Below are positions 1 through 8,762 of a stretch of DNA of 50,514 nucleotides, in pieces. The position numbers and the translations under genes are program-made. Origin of the DNA: a virus. Taxonomy: Duplodnaviria > Heunggongvirae > Uroviricota > Caudoviricetes. Numbering within the stretch: position 1 is the stretch's first letter; every line of letters begins with the position of its first letter. Under the pieces are notes generated by a model. That model saw nothing but the letters and a program-made list of their open reading frames with translations. It ran no database searches and was not told the origin of the DNA. Where the stretch lies: IMG/VR virus record IMGVR_UViG_2534681773_000022. One strand, 5' to 3'.

Positions 1-1131
1 TCAAATGACCAGTTTTTTCCATTCCTTACCGCGTGCGTCGTTGTAAATATCGGTCATTTTTTGATTCGAATGGCCCAGCAAAATTTTGGTATCAACCCCC
101 TGCTCTCTGAACAATCGCTCTGATAAAGATCTCTGCTCATGGAAAGAGGGTGGGGTGCCATTAGCACGCCAGTTGTAATCCACAGAATCCCGGGCTTTTT
201 TAAATGCAACGGTTAATGTTGCTGGCTTAACCATCCCGCCGCGCTTAGCTGTCCCTTTCGCGTGATGGTGGTGCAATAGCCACGGACTAAGAACGCAATC
301 GCGGCAGGATGACACCACATCATCTAGGGTGAGATTTAATTTATCGCAACGCAGAGCCAGAGGGATGGCAATCCGGGTTCCTGTTTTTTGCTGTTCGACA
401 TGAAGATAACCATCCCGGATATCCGAAAATTGCATTTTGCAAATATCTGAAAGGCGCTGGCCTGTCATCAGTGCCAGCAGCATACCGCGCTGTAAAAAGT
501 AACCATCCTTTTCCGCTGCGTTATAAATCATCATCCACTCATCAAAAGTCAGTCGCTGTCTTGATATCCGCACCTGCGGTTTTTTTGCCGATTCTGCAGG
601 GTTAAAGCCTGGCGGGACATCGCCCGTTTGCTGAGCTTCCCGGAAAACATCGATCAGTACCTTCCTGAAAATTTGTCCCATTCTGTTATGTCCTCTGGCC
701 TTGTACTCTTCCAGTACTGATACCACATCTTTTACGGTTATGGCATCTAACGGTCTGGTGCCAAAACGTTCATCAAATACCCTGAGAGGGGCCGCTTTCT
801 GTTTCAGCGTGTTGAGTTTGATCTCGCCGTTTTCATATCTTTCCTGTTGAATTTTTCTGTAATTATTCAGAAAAATGGTAACGGTTGATGAACCGCCGGT
901 ATCACTAATAATTTTCTCCTGCAGACTGAGCATTTGTTCCATTTGCTGCCGGGCAAGACGGCTGTTCGCTTCTGCTGCAATAGTTTCTGCCAGTTTCTGG
1001 TCAATACTGCCGAGACCGTGATTTTTGCCTGTTATGGGATGCCTGTAACGCCAGTAAACTTTGTTATTTCTTTTGTCAAAATACGGAGATAATCCCGGAA
1101 CATTGGTTTTATATTTTCGCGGGCGCGCCAT
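1..1131 (-). CDS. int: Phage integrase (tyrosine recombinase), lambdoid Int-like
   Basis: 376-aa ORF at the prophage end, immediately followed by an overlapping excisionase-like ORF as in lambda int/xis; its stop codon lies at window positions 1-3. Family assigned from the translation and context. Confidence 0.85.
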   Translation of the reverse strand: MARPRKYKTNVPGLSPYFDKRNNKVYWRYRHPITGKNHGLGSIDQKLAETIAAEANSRLARQQMEQMLSLQEKIISDTGGSSTVTIFLNNYRKIQQERYENGEIKLNTLKQKAAPLRVFDERFGTRPLDAITVKDVVSVLEEYKARGHNRMGQIFRKVLIDVFREAQQTGDVPPGFNPAESAKKPQVRISRQRLTFDEWMMIYNAAEKDGYFLQRGMLLALMTGQRLSDICKMQFSDIRDGYLHVEQQKTGTRIAIPLALRCDKLNLTLDDVVSSCRDCVLSPWLLHHHHAKGTAKRGGMVKPATLTVAFKKARDSVDYNWRANGTPPSFHEQRSLSERLFREQGVDTKILLGHSNQKMTDIYNDARGKEWKKLVI

Positions 1132-1357
1132 CTTCCAGTATCCTCTTCAAAGCAGGGTGATCTGTGGCGATCACCTCCGGCTTGTTTACCATTCCGACAA
1201 AGCGAGCTTGCGGATCCACTCGCCAGCGTCTTCCAACTTTTTTGGGGAGAGGAAATATCATTCCGGCTTTAGCGTATTTACTTAACGTACTCGGAGTTGG
1301 GACCGGTTCACTGAATTCCTCTTTTGCCCACTCAGTGAGCAGAATAAGTCTTGCCAT
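1109..1357 (-). CDS. xis: Excisionase-like small DNA-binding protein
   Basis: 82-aa basic ORF directly upstream of int on the same strand, overlapping its start by 23 bp, as lambda xis does. Confidence 0.55.
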   Translation of the reverse strand: MARLILLTEWAKEEFSEPVPTPSTLSKYAKAGMIFPLPKKVGRRWRVDPQARFVGMVNKPEVIATDHPALKRILEDGAPAKI

Positions 1358-1421
1358 GAGCGTCGTTCGCTAATCATGGTCGCCGCCACTATAGCTGGTG
1401 GGCAACGACCGGGGTTGAACA

Positions 1422-3893
1422 TTAAAAATCAGCCTGATTCGGGATCAGTTTTTGCCAGATAACTGAAACGTATTTTGCCTGGTAACGGGCGTCATCAAGT
1501 GCATTATGGCGCTCACCTTCGAATGGAATAGCCGTTCTGGCATCGAAGTCTATGGCTTTCCCCAGCTCAACGATTGTGCGTACATCGCGATCGTTGTAGT
1601 AACGCCACGGGCAGGGGATCCCCTGCCGTTCGTATGAACGGCGCAAAATCGTGTTGTCGAAGTTGGCTCCATTTCCCCAGACCTGAACAAAAAATTCACC
1701 GGAGTTTTCGTCGATAAATTCCCGCAATTGTAACAGTGCATCATCTAACGGGATTTCATCGGTCATAATGGCAGACTGCGCTTCACGTGATTGCTTCAGC
1801 CACCTTTTAATGACGTCACGATCAATGACTCCGCCAGCAGTTTCCAGATCGATAGTCTTACTAAATTCCGGTCCCATATCTCCGGTTTGCGGATCGAAAA
1901 ATATTGCACCTATTGAGATAATCGGGGCATCAGGATTTTTTCCCATGGTTTCAAGGTCGATCATTAGATGGTCACACGTCCTGCTGGTGGATGTGATAAC
2001 GTGATGACCGTTCATCGTAATTAAGGGATCTGCCGTCTCGCCAGTTTCACTATCGCTGGCGTGATCCTGAGCGCTACCAGCATTCTCCTTGTGTGGATGT
2101 TCAGCGCCTTCCATTTCCTTCGGATCATTTTCCTGAACTTCAACCTGATTCTCTTCATCGAATGTTTCCTGGTATGTTGCGTCACCCATCACCGCGCCAC
2201 AATCAGGGCAGTTGCCGCCACCGCTTTGACCGCAGGCGGTGCAGACTTTTTCCGGTTCCTGTTGCGCTACTGGCTCAGGTTGTTTCGTTTCTGGCTCGTT
2301 TTGTTGCGTATTTGGGCTGTTTTGTTCCGCTTTCTGGTCGTTCTGTTCCGATTCTTGCTGGTTCTGGTTTACAGAATCGCGGGTTTCAATCCCCTTTACC
2401 CATTTCGGATCATTCGGGTCGCTAATCCCTGCAACAAATTCTCCGCGAGAGGCAGCAAGCAACTTATCGGCGTCAGGCTGGCTGATATTGGCTGCCTGCA
2501 TAATTTTGTTTACTTCGTCAGCGGTAACTTTTACCGGCTCTGGTTGTGCGGTCGTGTCAGATGCACCAGTATTTTGTTGTGAACCTGAGTACGTGCCGTT
2601 TTTACGTGCGAAGTATTCCTCTTTTGTGATTTCCGTAGCTCCCAAGGCTAGTGCTTTTTCCAGACCAGAAAGTTTGTTTGCGCGACCGTATTTTTCGCCA
2701 TCCTTGTCGGTGAAGAGGAAGTAGAACGGCCCCTCACGCTCTACAGATGGTTCGACTTCCACTTTGCATTCGGTTTTTTCGTTGCCCGGAATTGCCGTTT
2801 CCACTGCATCAGTTTCTGGTACTGGCGACGAGAGAGTATCAGTTGCGCTCTGATTTCTTCCTTCATCTTCAAACACGCCCTTTGTAGTCAGGTATTCAGT
2901 AATGTATTTGTTCAGTGTCACAGGGTCTTTGTGAATGTCGATCGGACGTTCACGGACAAGGCCAAAAATAGTCTGGCGGTCGTAGCGAAGGGCATCAGGC
3001 TGTTTGCGCATTGATGCCGAGATACGCTTCCAGTCTTCGCGGTCGTTGTCGATAACTTCATTTTTTGCCCAGCGATGGATGCTGCCGTCAATGTTTCCGG
3101 CATCCACATCACCAGGCCAGAGAGCGTAGGCCAGTTCGTCATCCAGTGTTTTCCATGTCTGCTTGTATTCGCGATGAATGGCAGCAATGACCGGGCTGAT
3201 TTTTCCTGTTGAATTTTCACTGTGCTGTTGATTGGTTCTGGCGCGGGCGAGATCAACAACAGACGTGTATTTTCCGGTTTCCTTGCGTTCACCTTCGCGA
3301 CGTTTTTTCCAGATGCGCATCTCTGCCTGAATTTCGGGCCATTTGGCACCAGGCTTACATTTATGCTTAACCCACCCGATGGCATGCAGCTTAAGCTCCG
3401 GATACATGGCGTTAACTTCTGGCATTTTCATCAACGCTTCAACGATATGTCCGTCGAATGTTGCCATGTCTTCCTGCAACAATTCCTGTGCGTTAATAAC
3501 CATATCAACGGTGATGTTTTCACATGTGTCGAACTTAACCATGACAGCGTTCTGTACTTCAGGGGCCAGCTTGTCAAAAGTGACGTTCATCGGATCGGAT
3601 TCAGTCTCAACCGGGACAAAGGAAGCAGACTCCTCATCCCAGCGGTTTTCCTGCATATATTCAGCATCCCAGGAATCGAGGGCAGGGCGGGGTATACCGG
3701 GTTTATCCTCGCAGACAAGAAATTTATAAGCGCAGTCCTGAGCAGCCGGATAATGCTCCAGGAATTGCCAGTGAAATTTTGCGCGGGCGCGACGTTCATC
3801 ACCGGCTTCAATGGCAGTGGCTACAGCGACGGCACCTTCTTCCTTTATTGCCTGTTCGTCCGGAATGGCGGCGCAAATAAAGACTTTACTCAT
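1422..3893 (-). CDS. Large exonuclease with C-terminal DEDDh (DnaQ-like) 3'-5' exonuclease domain
   Basis: 823-aa ORF. The C-terminal domain carries the three DEDDh motifs (IDLETMG; WGNGANFDN; HNALDDARY); a Cys cluster CTACGQSGGGNCPDCG suggests a zinc ribbon; acidic low-complexity middle region. Sits where lambda exo/bet or recET would be. Confidence 0.75.
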   Translation of the reverse strand: MSKVFICAAIPDEQAIKEEGAVAVATAIEAGDERRARAKFHWQFLEHYPAAQDCAYKFLVCEDKPGIPRPALDSWDAEYMQENRWDEESASFVPVETESDPMNVTFDKLAPEVQNAVMVKFDTCENITVDMVINAQELLQEDMATFDGHIVEALMKMPEVNAMYPELKLHAIGWVKHKCKPGAKWPEIQAEMRIWKKRREGERKETGKYTSVVDLARARTNQQHSENSTGKISPVIAAIHREYKQTWKTLDDELAYALWPGDVDAGNIDGSIHRWAKNEVIDNDREDWKRISASMRKQPDALRYDRQTIFGLVRERPIDIHKDPVTLNKYITEYLTTKGVFEDEGRNQSATDTLSSPVPETDAVETAIPGNEKTECKVEVEPSVEREGPFYFLFTDKDGEKYGRANKLSGLEKALALGATEITKEEYFARKNGTYSGSQQNTGASDTTAQPEPVKVTADEVNKIMQAANISQPDADKLLAASRGEFVAGISDPNDPKWVKGIETRDSVNQNQQESEQNDQKAEQNSPNTQQNEPETKQPEPVAQQEPEKVCTACGQSGGGNCPDCGAVMGDATYQETFDEENQVEVQENDPKEMEGAEHPHKENAGSAQDHASDSETGETADPLITMNGHHVITSTSRTCDHLMIDLETMGKNPDAPIISIGAIFFDPQTGDMGPEFSKTIDLETAGGVIDRDVIKRWLKQSREAQSAIMTDEIPLDDALLQLREFIDENSGEFFVQVWGNGANFDNTILRRSYERQGIPCPWRYYNDRDVRTIVELGKAIDFDARTAIPFEGERHNALDDARYQAKYVSVIWQKLIPNQADF

Positions 3894-3985
3894 TTTGTTT
3901 TACCTCATTACAGATTTAAGGGTGAACAAATCCCTGCCATTGCTGGCATATAAGAATGAAACCGGATATTTATTACGGAACTGTT

Positions 3986-4177
3986 TTAAAGACCTGCCGG
4001 GATTTCGTTATTATCCTGGTGAATAACTTTATCGACCGGGTAACAGTTACCGGGAATTTTCTGTTCGGTTGCTGCAGTCACACACTCCTGCATTGTCCTG
4101 TGAACACTGACTGCAATATCAACTGGCTCTCCGGAAACAAGAAAAACTGTCAGAACAAGTGCAAATGCTGTATTCAT
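3986..4177 (-). CDS. Hypothetical small secreted protein (N-terminal signal-peptide-like segment)
   Basis: ORF starting MNTAFALVLTVFLVSG with AAGGA 8 nt upstream; AT-rich; start overlaps the stop of the upstream gene. Confidence 0.4.
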   Translation of the reverse strand: MNTAFALVLTVFLVSGEPVDIAVSVHRTMQECVTAATEQKIPGNCYPVDKVIHQDNNEIPAGL

Positions 4178-4362
4178 TGCCAGCATCCTTTTTGTATCGG
4201 ACGTAAACGGGCCAGCATTGAAAGAATGCATATTTTATTTAATAGCTCCCGTTCGTGTTTTCTCTTGTTAATGGCTTCTTCAGTAAATACAGGGTTACTG
4301 ATAGTGACACCAATTTCAAAACAACCTTCAGACGTATTAACGTTTGGTAATAACGTTTCCAT
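4174..4362 (-). CDS. Hypothetical small protein
   Basis: 62-aa ORF (METLLPNV...) with GAGGA 8 nt upstream of ATG; translationally coupled to the next gene. Confidence 0.4.
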   Translation of the reverse strand: METLLPNVNTSEGCFEIGVTISNPVFTEEAINKRKHERELLNKICILSMLARLRPIQKGCWQ

Positions 4363-4924
4363 TATCGCGTCCTCAACAATGAATTTTGTGATGCGGTGCC
4401 TGGTGCCTCCAGGTGACGTTAACCAGTTAACAATTAACGCCGGATACAGAGAATCCACCCATAACACTGTTTTTGGTTTTAACTGTTCCGCGTGCGCTCA
4501 GCCGCATTCACCACATCACAAAATTCACTTTAAAAAGGGCGGCAGAGCAGTCACGGAGTAAAACTGATACCGCCAAACGTCACCAGAAAATTGATAACAG
4601 AGGGCGTTGCAGCGGGGTTGTCACTTAAGCGTATGGTCAACCTGACAACCCGGTGTCCTCAACGGGGGAAGGAATAACCCCGCCATACTTACCGCCGCGC
4701 CATTTCGCGGATTGCCACAACCGGAAACGCACGGTCGACGAAAATTTAACGACAGGCTATCTATGAACCAGCTACCTCGCCGGGCGCTTTCGCGTTATGG
4801 TCTGACTTTTCAGGGAAATATCCTTTCAGTAAACTGTCAGTGCCGGATGCTCACCCGTGTCCGGCGCACGCACTCCACCTCACCCGTGGAGAACTCCTTA
4901 ATCACCAACCCTCAGGAGGGTGAA

Positions 4925-5200
4925 ATGTCGACTGAAAATGATGAAATCATTAACTCCCTGATACGCCAGATTAATAATTTTGATAAAGCATTGCAACATG
5001 CTGCGGCGCGTAGTGATATAACTCTTTTAGCAATTTCATTTCTTGCATCTGTTATGGATAAAAATGAAGTCGTACGACAGAGTCTTGTTGATTATATCGA
5101 CTCGCTTCAACCCGGCACTTTCAATCATGAGAGCTTCAATCATGAGAAAGAGCATGTTAAGTCTGTAATTAATTCTCTTATTTTGAATCAAAAGAATTAA
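4925..5200 (+). CDS. Hypothetical protein (AT-rich moron-like ORF)
   Basis: ATG preceded by AGGAGGG at 5-nt spacing; 91 aa; opposite strand to the surrounding early-left genes. Confidence 0.4.
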   Translation: MSTENDEIINSLIRQINNFDKALQHAAARSDITLLAISFLASVMDKNEVVRQSLVDYIDSLQPGTFNHESFNHEKEHVKSVINSLILNQKN

Positions 5201-5498
5201 TGCTTTTTGTTGCAAAGTAATTTTCAAGGGGTTCTATTCGAATCCCTTTCTTTTTCATTAACAAGCCAAACCCCTTATCAATGATGTCCATTAGATCCAG
5301 GAAGTATTTTTCATGTAAATCCTGGTTATCAGAGAGCTGCTTCTCTTCGTACAGCCCGATAAAGGCTCGGCGTACGTTACCGGATATATTGTCGATGGTT
5401 TCTTTTTCTACGGTACTCAGGTCAAGAGTCGCCAGTTGAGAGCGAACCACATTCGATGCCATTTCCTGGAATGGTACTGGTAAATCTTTAAATTCCAT
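5178..5498 (-). CDS. Hypothetical early-left protein
   Basis: 106-aa ORF (MEFKDLPVPF...) with GAGG 6 nt upstream; second gene of the leftward operon. Confidence 0.45.
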   Translation of the reverse strand: MEFKDLPVPFQEMASNVVRSQLATLDLSTVEKETIDNISGNVRRAFIGLYEEKQLSDNQDLHEKYFLDLMDIIDKGFGLLMKKKGIRIEPLENYFATKSINSFDSK

Positions 5499-5509
5499 CG
5501 TCAACCTCA

Positions 5510-5743
5510 TCAGTCAGTGTTTCTGGTTAACCAGCGACGCGCGCCAGCTTCAGTTTTAAACGTTTTGCTTCTGGTATATGTCATCGCGGTAAACGTGCCG
5601 TCCTGGTTGGGAAACACGCCGCATACCAGAGATTCGTTGTTGCCAAGATTGAGCATATCCATGTTGACCTCATTTCCCCTTAACGCCGGGGTAGCGGAAC
5701 AAAAACCTGCTGCATAGTTATTAAAGTTGAACCCTGCCGTCAT
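5510..5743 (-). CDS. Hypothetical early-left protein (first gene downstream of pL)
   Basis: 77-aa ORF on the leftward strand directly downstream of the predicted pL; no recognisable N-antiterminator features. Confidence 0.4.
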   Translation of the reverse strand: MTAGFNFNNYAAGFCSATPALRGNEVNMDMLNLGNNESLVCGVFPNQDGTFTAMTYTRSKTFKTEAGARRWLTRNTD

Positions 5744-5843
5744 GTTCTTACGCCTCGGGCTGGCTACTTAACCCCTGACCACTGCCTGGTAACTCGAGGT
5801 ATTGCCCTGTATTGTGTGGGACGGGATGGGTTGGTATGGGAAA

Positions 5844-5872
5844 ACTATAGGAAATGCCTAATTACTTGTCAA
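5844..5872 (-). promoter_or_regulatory. pL-like early leftward promoter (-35 TTGACA, 17-bp spacer, -10 TATAGT)
   Basis: On the minus strand: TTGACA at 5867-5872, TATAGT at 5844-5849, exactly 17 bp apart, overlapping GCCTAAT operator half-sites. Confidence 0.6.
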
Positions 5873-5887
5873 TAGGCTATGCCTAAT
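5871..5887. promoter_or_regulatory. OL operator (AATAGGC-TAT-GCCTAAT inverted repeat), with extra half-sites at 5856-5862 and 5898-5909
   Basis: 17-bp near-palindrome sharing the GCCTAAT half-site with the OR operators; overlaps the -35 of pL. Confidence 0.55.
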
Positions 5888-5980
5888 AATTTGGGCGCAA
5901 CCTAATAGGTGATGGTTTGTGGGAGAGGTAGTAGGAGTTAACTAACGGGAACTAGGAATTTCCCGTCGGACCATATAAGT

Positions 5981-6457
5981 TTAAGTTCCTGTCTTGGTGA
6001 TGTTCTGGCTTTTCCGTTTTGATTCTTGATTTTTCAGATAGTTAGCTACCTTCATTTCCATTGCGGCAATGTAGGCGCGAACGTCATGATCAACCCAACT
6101 AGGCTCCGTAGCATTTCCAGATAAGATGAAAGCCACAATTGCTCTTTTTTCATCAGAGGCGGCTTGATAAAGGCTGTTTATGTCTAAAAGTTCACTTTTT
6201 GTATCTGAAGTGGATGGGGTTGGTATGGGGTATTCGTTAAGCCCCCAATGCTCTGGACCAACCACATCAGAAAAGAAACGCCATAGTTCTGGAAGTTTGT
6301 CTTTACTTATCGAACCTTTCTTAATCCAGTCATGGATTGATGGTGGTTGGACTTTGAAATGACGTGCGATTTCCGCCTTTGATTTGACGGCTCCTGATGC
6401 AATTTTTTTGTTAATGGCCTGCTCTATCGCTCGGCCTAAGTCTTTACCACTAAGCAT
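5981..6457 (-). CDS. CI-like prophage repressor (HTH DNA-binding protein)
   Basis: 158-aa ORF divergent from the cro-like gene and flanked by palindromic operators on both sides; HTH-like segment AEIARHFKVQPPSIHDWIKKG. Confidence 0.75.
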   Translation of the reverse strand: MLSGKDLGRAIEQAINKKIASGAVKSKAEIARHFKVQPPSIHDWIKKGSISKDKLPELWRFFSDVVGPEHWGLNEYPIPTPSTSDTKSELLDINSLYQAASDEKRAIVAFILSGNATEPSWVDHDVRAYIAAMEMKVANYLKNQESKRKSQNITKTGT

Positions 6458-6509
6458 TGCTTAATAGTCTCCTATGCGCATCGCGTTAGGCAATCCCTAC
6501 TCTCGATGT

Positions 6510-6552
6510 ATTAGGCATAGCCTATTGACAATTTCATTAGGCTAAGCCTAAT
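6510..6552. promoter_or_regulatory. OR operators: ATTAGGC-ATA-GCCTATT (6510-6526) and perfect palindrome ATTAGGC-TAA-GCCTAAT (6536-6552)
   Basis: Two 17-bp inverted repeats in the repressor/cro intergenic region, bracketing and overlapping the pR -35 and -10. Confidence 0.65.
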
Positions 6553-6554
6553 AT
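6525..6554 (+). promoter_or_regulatory. pR-like early rightward promoter (-35 TTGACA, -10 CTAATA/TAATAT)
   Basis: TTGACA at 6525-6530 with a -10-like hexamer 17-18 bp downstream, about 30 bp upstream of the cro-like start. Confidence 0.55.
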
Positions 6555-6581
6555 TGTTGCGTGTTTTTTGGAGTTCATTCG

Positions 6582-6905
6582 ATGAAAAAAGATAACTATT
6601 CATTCAAACGAGCTTGTGCTGTTGTCGGTGGGCAATCAGCAATGGCTAGGCTTTTAGGTGTATCTCCTCCAAGCGTAAATCAATGGATCAAAGGTGTACG
6701 TCAGTTACCTGCTGAGAGATGTCCTGCGATTGAACGAGCAACAAAAGGTGGTGTCCTGTGTGAAGAACTTCGTCCTGATGTTGATTGGACATACTTACGA
6801 CGCTCGTCATGTTATTCGCAGAATATGTCGATGAAGCAACCAAATGACGAAAACGATCATACCCGAAGCATCAAGAGGCAAATGATTCATGAAAATCAAA
6901 CATGA
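6582..6905 (+). CDS. ydaS: Cro/CI-type HTH regulator, YdaS-like
   Basis: Translation (MKKDNYSFKRACAVVGGQSAMARLLGVSPPSVNQWIKG...) matches the remembered Rac-prophage YdaS; GGAG RBS; first rightward gene. Confidence 0.75.
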   Translation: MKKDNYSFKRACAVVGGQSAMARLLGVSPPSVNQWIKGVRQLPAERCPAIERATKGGVLCEELRPDVDWTYLRRSSCYSQNMSMKQPNDENDHTRSIKRQMIHENQT

Positions 6906-7314
6906 GCACATCCGCATGGCGATGAATGCCTGGGCATACCCTGATGGTGAGAAAGTTCCTGCAGCTGAAATAGCCCGGACTTATTTCGAACTGGGGATGA
7001 CGTTCCCTGAACTGTACGACGACAGCCATCCGGAAGCCCTGGCCCGTAATACCCAGAAAATTTTCCGTTGGCTGGATAAAGACACCCCTGATGCTGTTGA
7101 AAAAATGCAGGCTCTGTTACCGGCGATCGAAAAGGCGATGCCGCCTTTGCTGGTGGCCCGTATGCGCAGCCACAGTTCTGAATATTACCGTGAGATCGTC
7201 GAACGGAGGGATCGGCTGGTGAAGGATGTCGATGATTTTGTTGCGTCAGCGGTTGTTTTGTATGACCAGATGAATCGCGGCGGCCCGGCAGGGAATGCTG
7301 TGGTGATGCACTAA
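6889..7314 (+). CDS. ydaT: YdaT-like protein (CII-like regulator / putative toxin partner of YdaS)
   Basis: 141-aa ORF beginning MKIKHEHI, overlapping the end of ydaS; matches the remembered Rac YdaT N-terminus and length. Confidence 0.7.
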   Translation: MKIKHEHIRMAMNAWAYPDGEKVPAAEIARTYFELGMTFPELYDDSHPEALARNTQKIFRWLDKDTPDAVEKMQALLPAIEKAMPPLLVARMRSHSSEYYREIVERRDRLVKDVDDFVASAVVLYDQMNRGGPAGNAVVMH

Positions 7315-7336
7315 AAGCACGGTGTTCGGGGGTTTT

Positions 7337-8299
7337 ATGAGCAGCAAGCTTCATGGTCTTGTCTGGGAAGGGTGCGCCTTCACCGGCATGATCTTATCCA
7401 GGGTGGCGGTTATGGCCCGTCTTGCAGACTACAGCAATGACGAGGGCGTGTCATGGCCTGCCATTGAAACTATCCGGCGTCAGATCGGTGCAAGAAGTGA
7501 ATCCACAGTGAAATCGGCTATTGCAGAACTGGCGAAAGAGGGCTGGCTGACGAAGGAAGAGCGTAAGGTCGGTGGGCGTAATGTAAGCAATATCTATCGG
7601 CTTAATGTGGAAAAACTCGAAGCAGCTGCGGCGGCGGCGCGTGAGTCATATAAACCGAAAAGAAAAATTAGCCCGGCAAAAAATGACCCGTTAACAGTTG
7701 ACCCGTCAAATATTGACCCCTCAACGGTTGACCCGTCAAATTTTGATGGATCAACTGTTGATAAAAAACTGCCGATTAGGGGGCCGATGATTGACCCCGA
7801 TCCGTCAGTATTAAAACCTGATCCGTCAGATAAAAGATCTTCTTGTCCGGACGCTTCGCAACCGGACCCGCAGACGGCTGAACAGGATTTTTTAACCCGA
7901 CACCCTGACGCGGTTGTGTTCAGTGCGAAAAAACGCCAGTGGGGAAGTCAGGAAGATTTGGTGTGCGCACAGTGGATCTGGGGACGAATCGTGAGTCTTT
8001 ACGAGCAGGCGGCCAGCGATGATGGCGAGATCACTAGACCGAAAGAACCCAACTGGACAGCATGGGCCAATGACGTTCGCACAATGCGGATGCTGGATGG
8101 CAGAACTCACAGACAAATTTGTGAAATGTTTGGGCGTCTCCAGCGGGATTCGTTCTGGGTAAAAAACATCATGAGTCCGGCAAAACTCCGGGAAAAATGG
8201 GATGAACTGGTTATCCGCCTGGGGCGTTCGCCAGCGCAGCGTTGCGTGAATCACATTTCTGAACCGGACACTGAAATTCCGCCGGGCTTCAGGGGGTAA
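7337..8299 (+). CDS. Replication initiator, O-like (N-terminal winged-helix domain; iterons inside the gene)
   Basis: 320 aa; GGGGG RBS; the linker (DPLTVDPSNIDPSTVDPSNFD) is encoded by an array of 12-bp palindromes, as the lambda origin lies within O. Confidence 0.65.
   Translation: MSSKLHGLVWEGCAFTGMILSRVAVMARLADYSNDEGVSWPAIETIRRQIGARSESTVKSAIAELAKEGWLTKEERKVGGRNVSNIYRLNVEKLEAAAAAARESYKPKRKISPAKNDPLTVDPSNIDPSTVDPSNFDGSTVDKKLPIRGPMIDPDPSVLKPDPSDKRSSCPDASQPDPQTAEQDFLTRHPDAVVFSAKKRQWGSQEDLVCAQWIWGRIVSLYEQAASDDGEITRPKEPNWTAWANDVRTMRMLDGRTHRQICEMFGRLQRDSFWVKNIMSPAKLREKWDELVIRLGRSPAQRCVNHISEPDTEIPPGFRG
7683..7754. repeat. Iteron array / candidate replication origin: five 12-bp palindromic sites (TTGACCCGTCAA type) at exact 15-bp phasing
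   Basis: Sites at 7683, 7698, 7713, 7728 and 7743; the last is a TTGATGGATCAA variant; inside the initiator gene. Confidence 0.65.
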
Positions 8300-8339
8300 G
8301 TGTTAATTTCTGGTCATGAGGTAATTTTCAGGAGGGCTT

Positions 8340-8762
8340 GTGGCAAAAGTTTTTACACAAGAAGAGCGGGAAAAAATTAAAGGGCAGGTTGTTGAACTCG
8401 TACGCCAGAGTGGGCGCGAGACGTTACGACAACTGGAAACTAAAACTGGGGCAACAAGATATCTGATGAGCGTTCTGGCCAGAGAGCTGGTTGCCAGTGG
8501 CGATGTATACAACTCTGGTTACGGGTTATTCCCGTCTGAACAGGCGCGTAAGGACTGGCAAAATGCCCGTAAAAAGCTCTCAAGGGCAAAGCTGAAGAAA
8601 CCATCTGCGGTTGATCCGGACCTTATCTGGTCATTACCTGACGGAGAAATACGTCGCTACGACAGGCGCCTAAACATAATCTGTCGCGAGTGCCGGAAGA
8701 GTGAAGCTATGCAGCGTGTACTGGCGTTTTATCAGGGGAATTTTGAGGAGGTGGTGCGGTGA
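8340..8762 (+). CDS. Hypothetical protein (GTG start, strong RBS)
   Basis: 140-aa ORF with AGGAGG 5 nt upstream of GTG; occupies the position of a helicase loader but is too small and has no ATPase motifs. Confidence 0.5.
   Translation: MAKVFTQEEREKIKGQVVELVRQSGRETLRQLETKTGATRYLMSVLARELVASGDVYNSGYGLFPSEQARKDWQNARKKLSRAKLKKPSAVDPDLIWSLPDGEIRRYDRRLNIICRECRKSEAMQRVLAFYQGNFEEVVR

Noticed and set aside
1-60. Prophage attachment site (attL) at the window edge
   Set aside because: The int stop codon is at positions 1-3, so the att core lies just outside the window; nothing inside can be called attL.
2061-3953. Plus-strand ORFs (173, 161 and 243 aa) inside the exonuclease gene
   Set aside because: All lie within the 823-aa minus-strand gene whose C-terminal domain has clear DEDDh motifs; the plus-strand frames are low-complexity.
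4712-5200. Long version (162 aa) of the plus-strand ORF starting at 4712
   Set aside because: The N-terminal extension has no RBS and overlaps non-coding context; a strong AGGAGG RBS precedes the internal ATG at 4925, so the short form is preferred. I considered a SieB-like exclusion protein, but the protein has no membrane helices.
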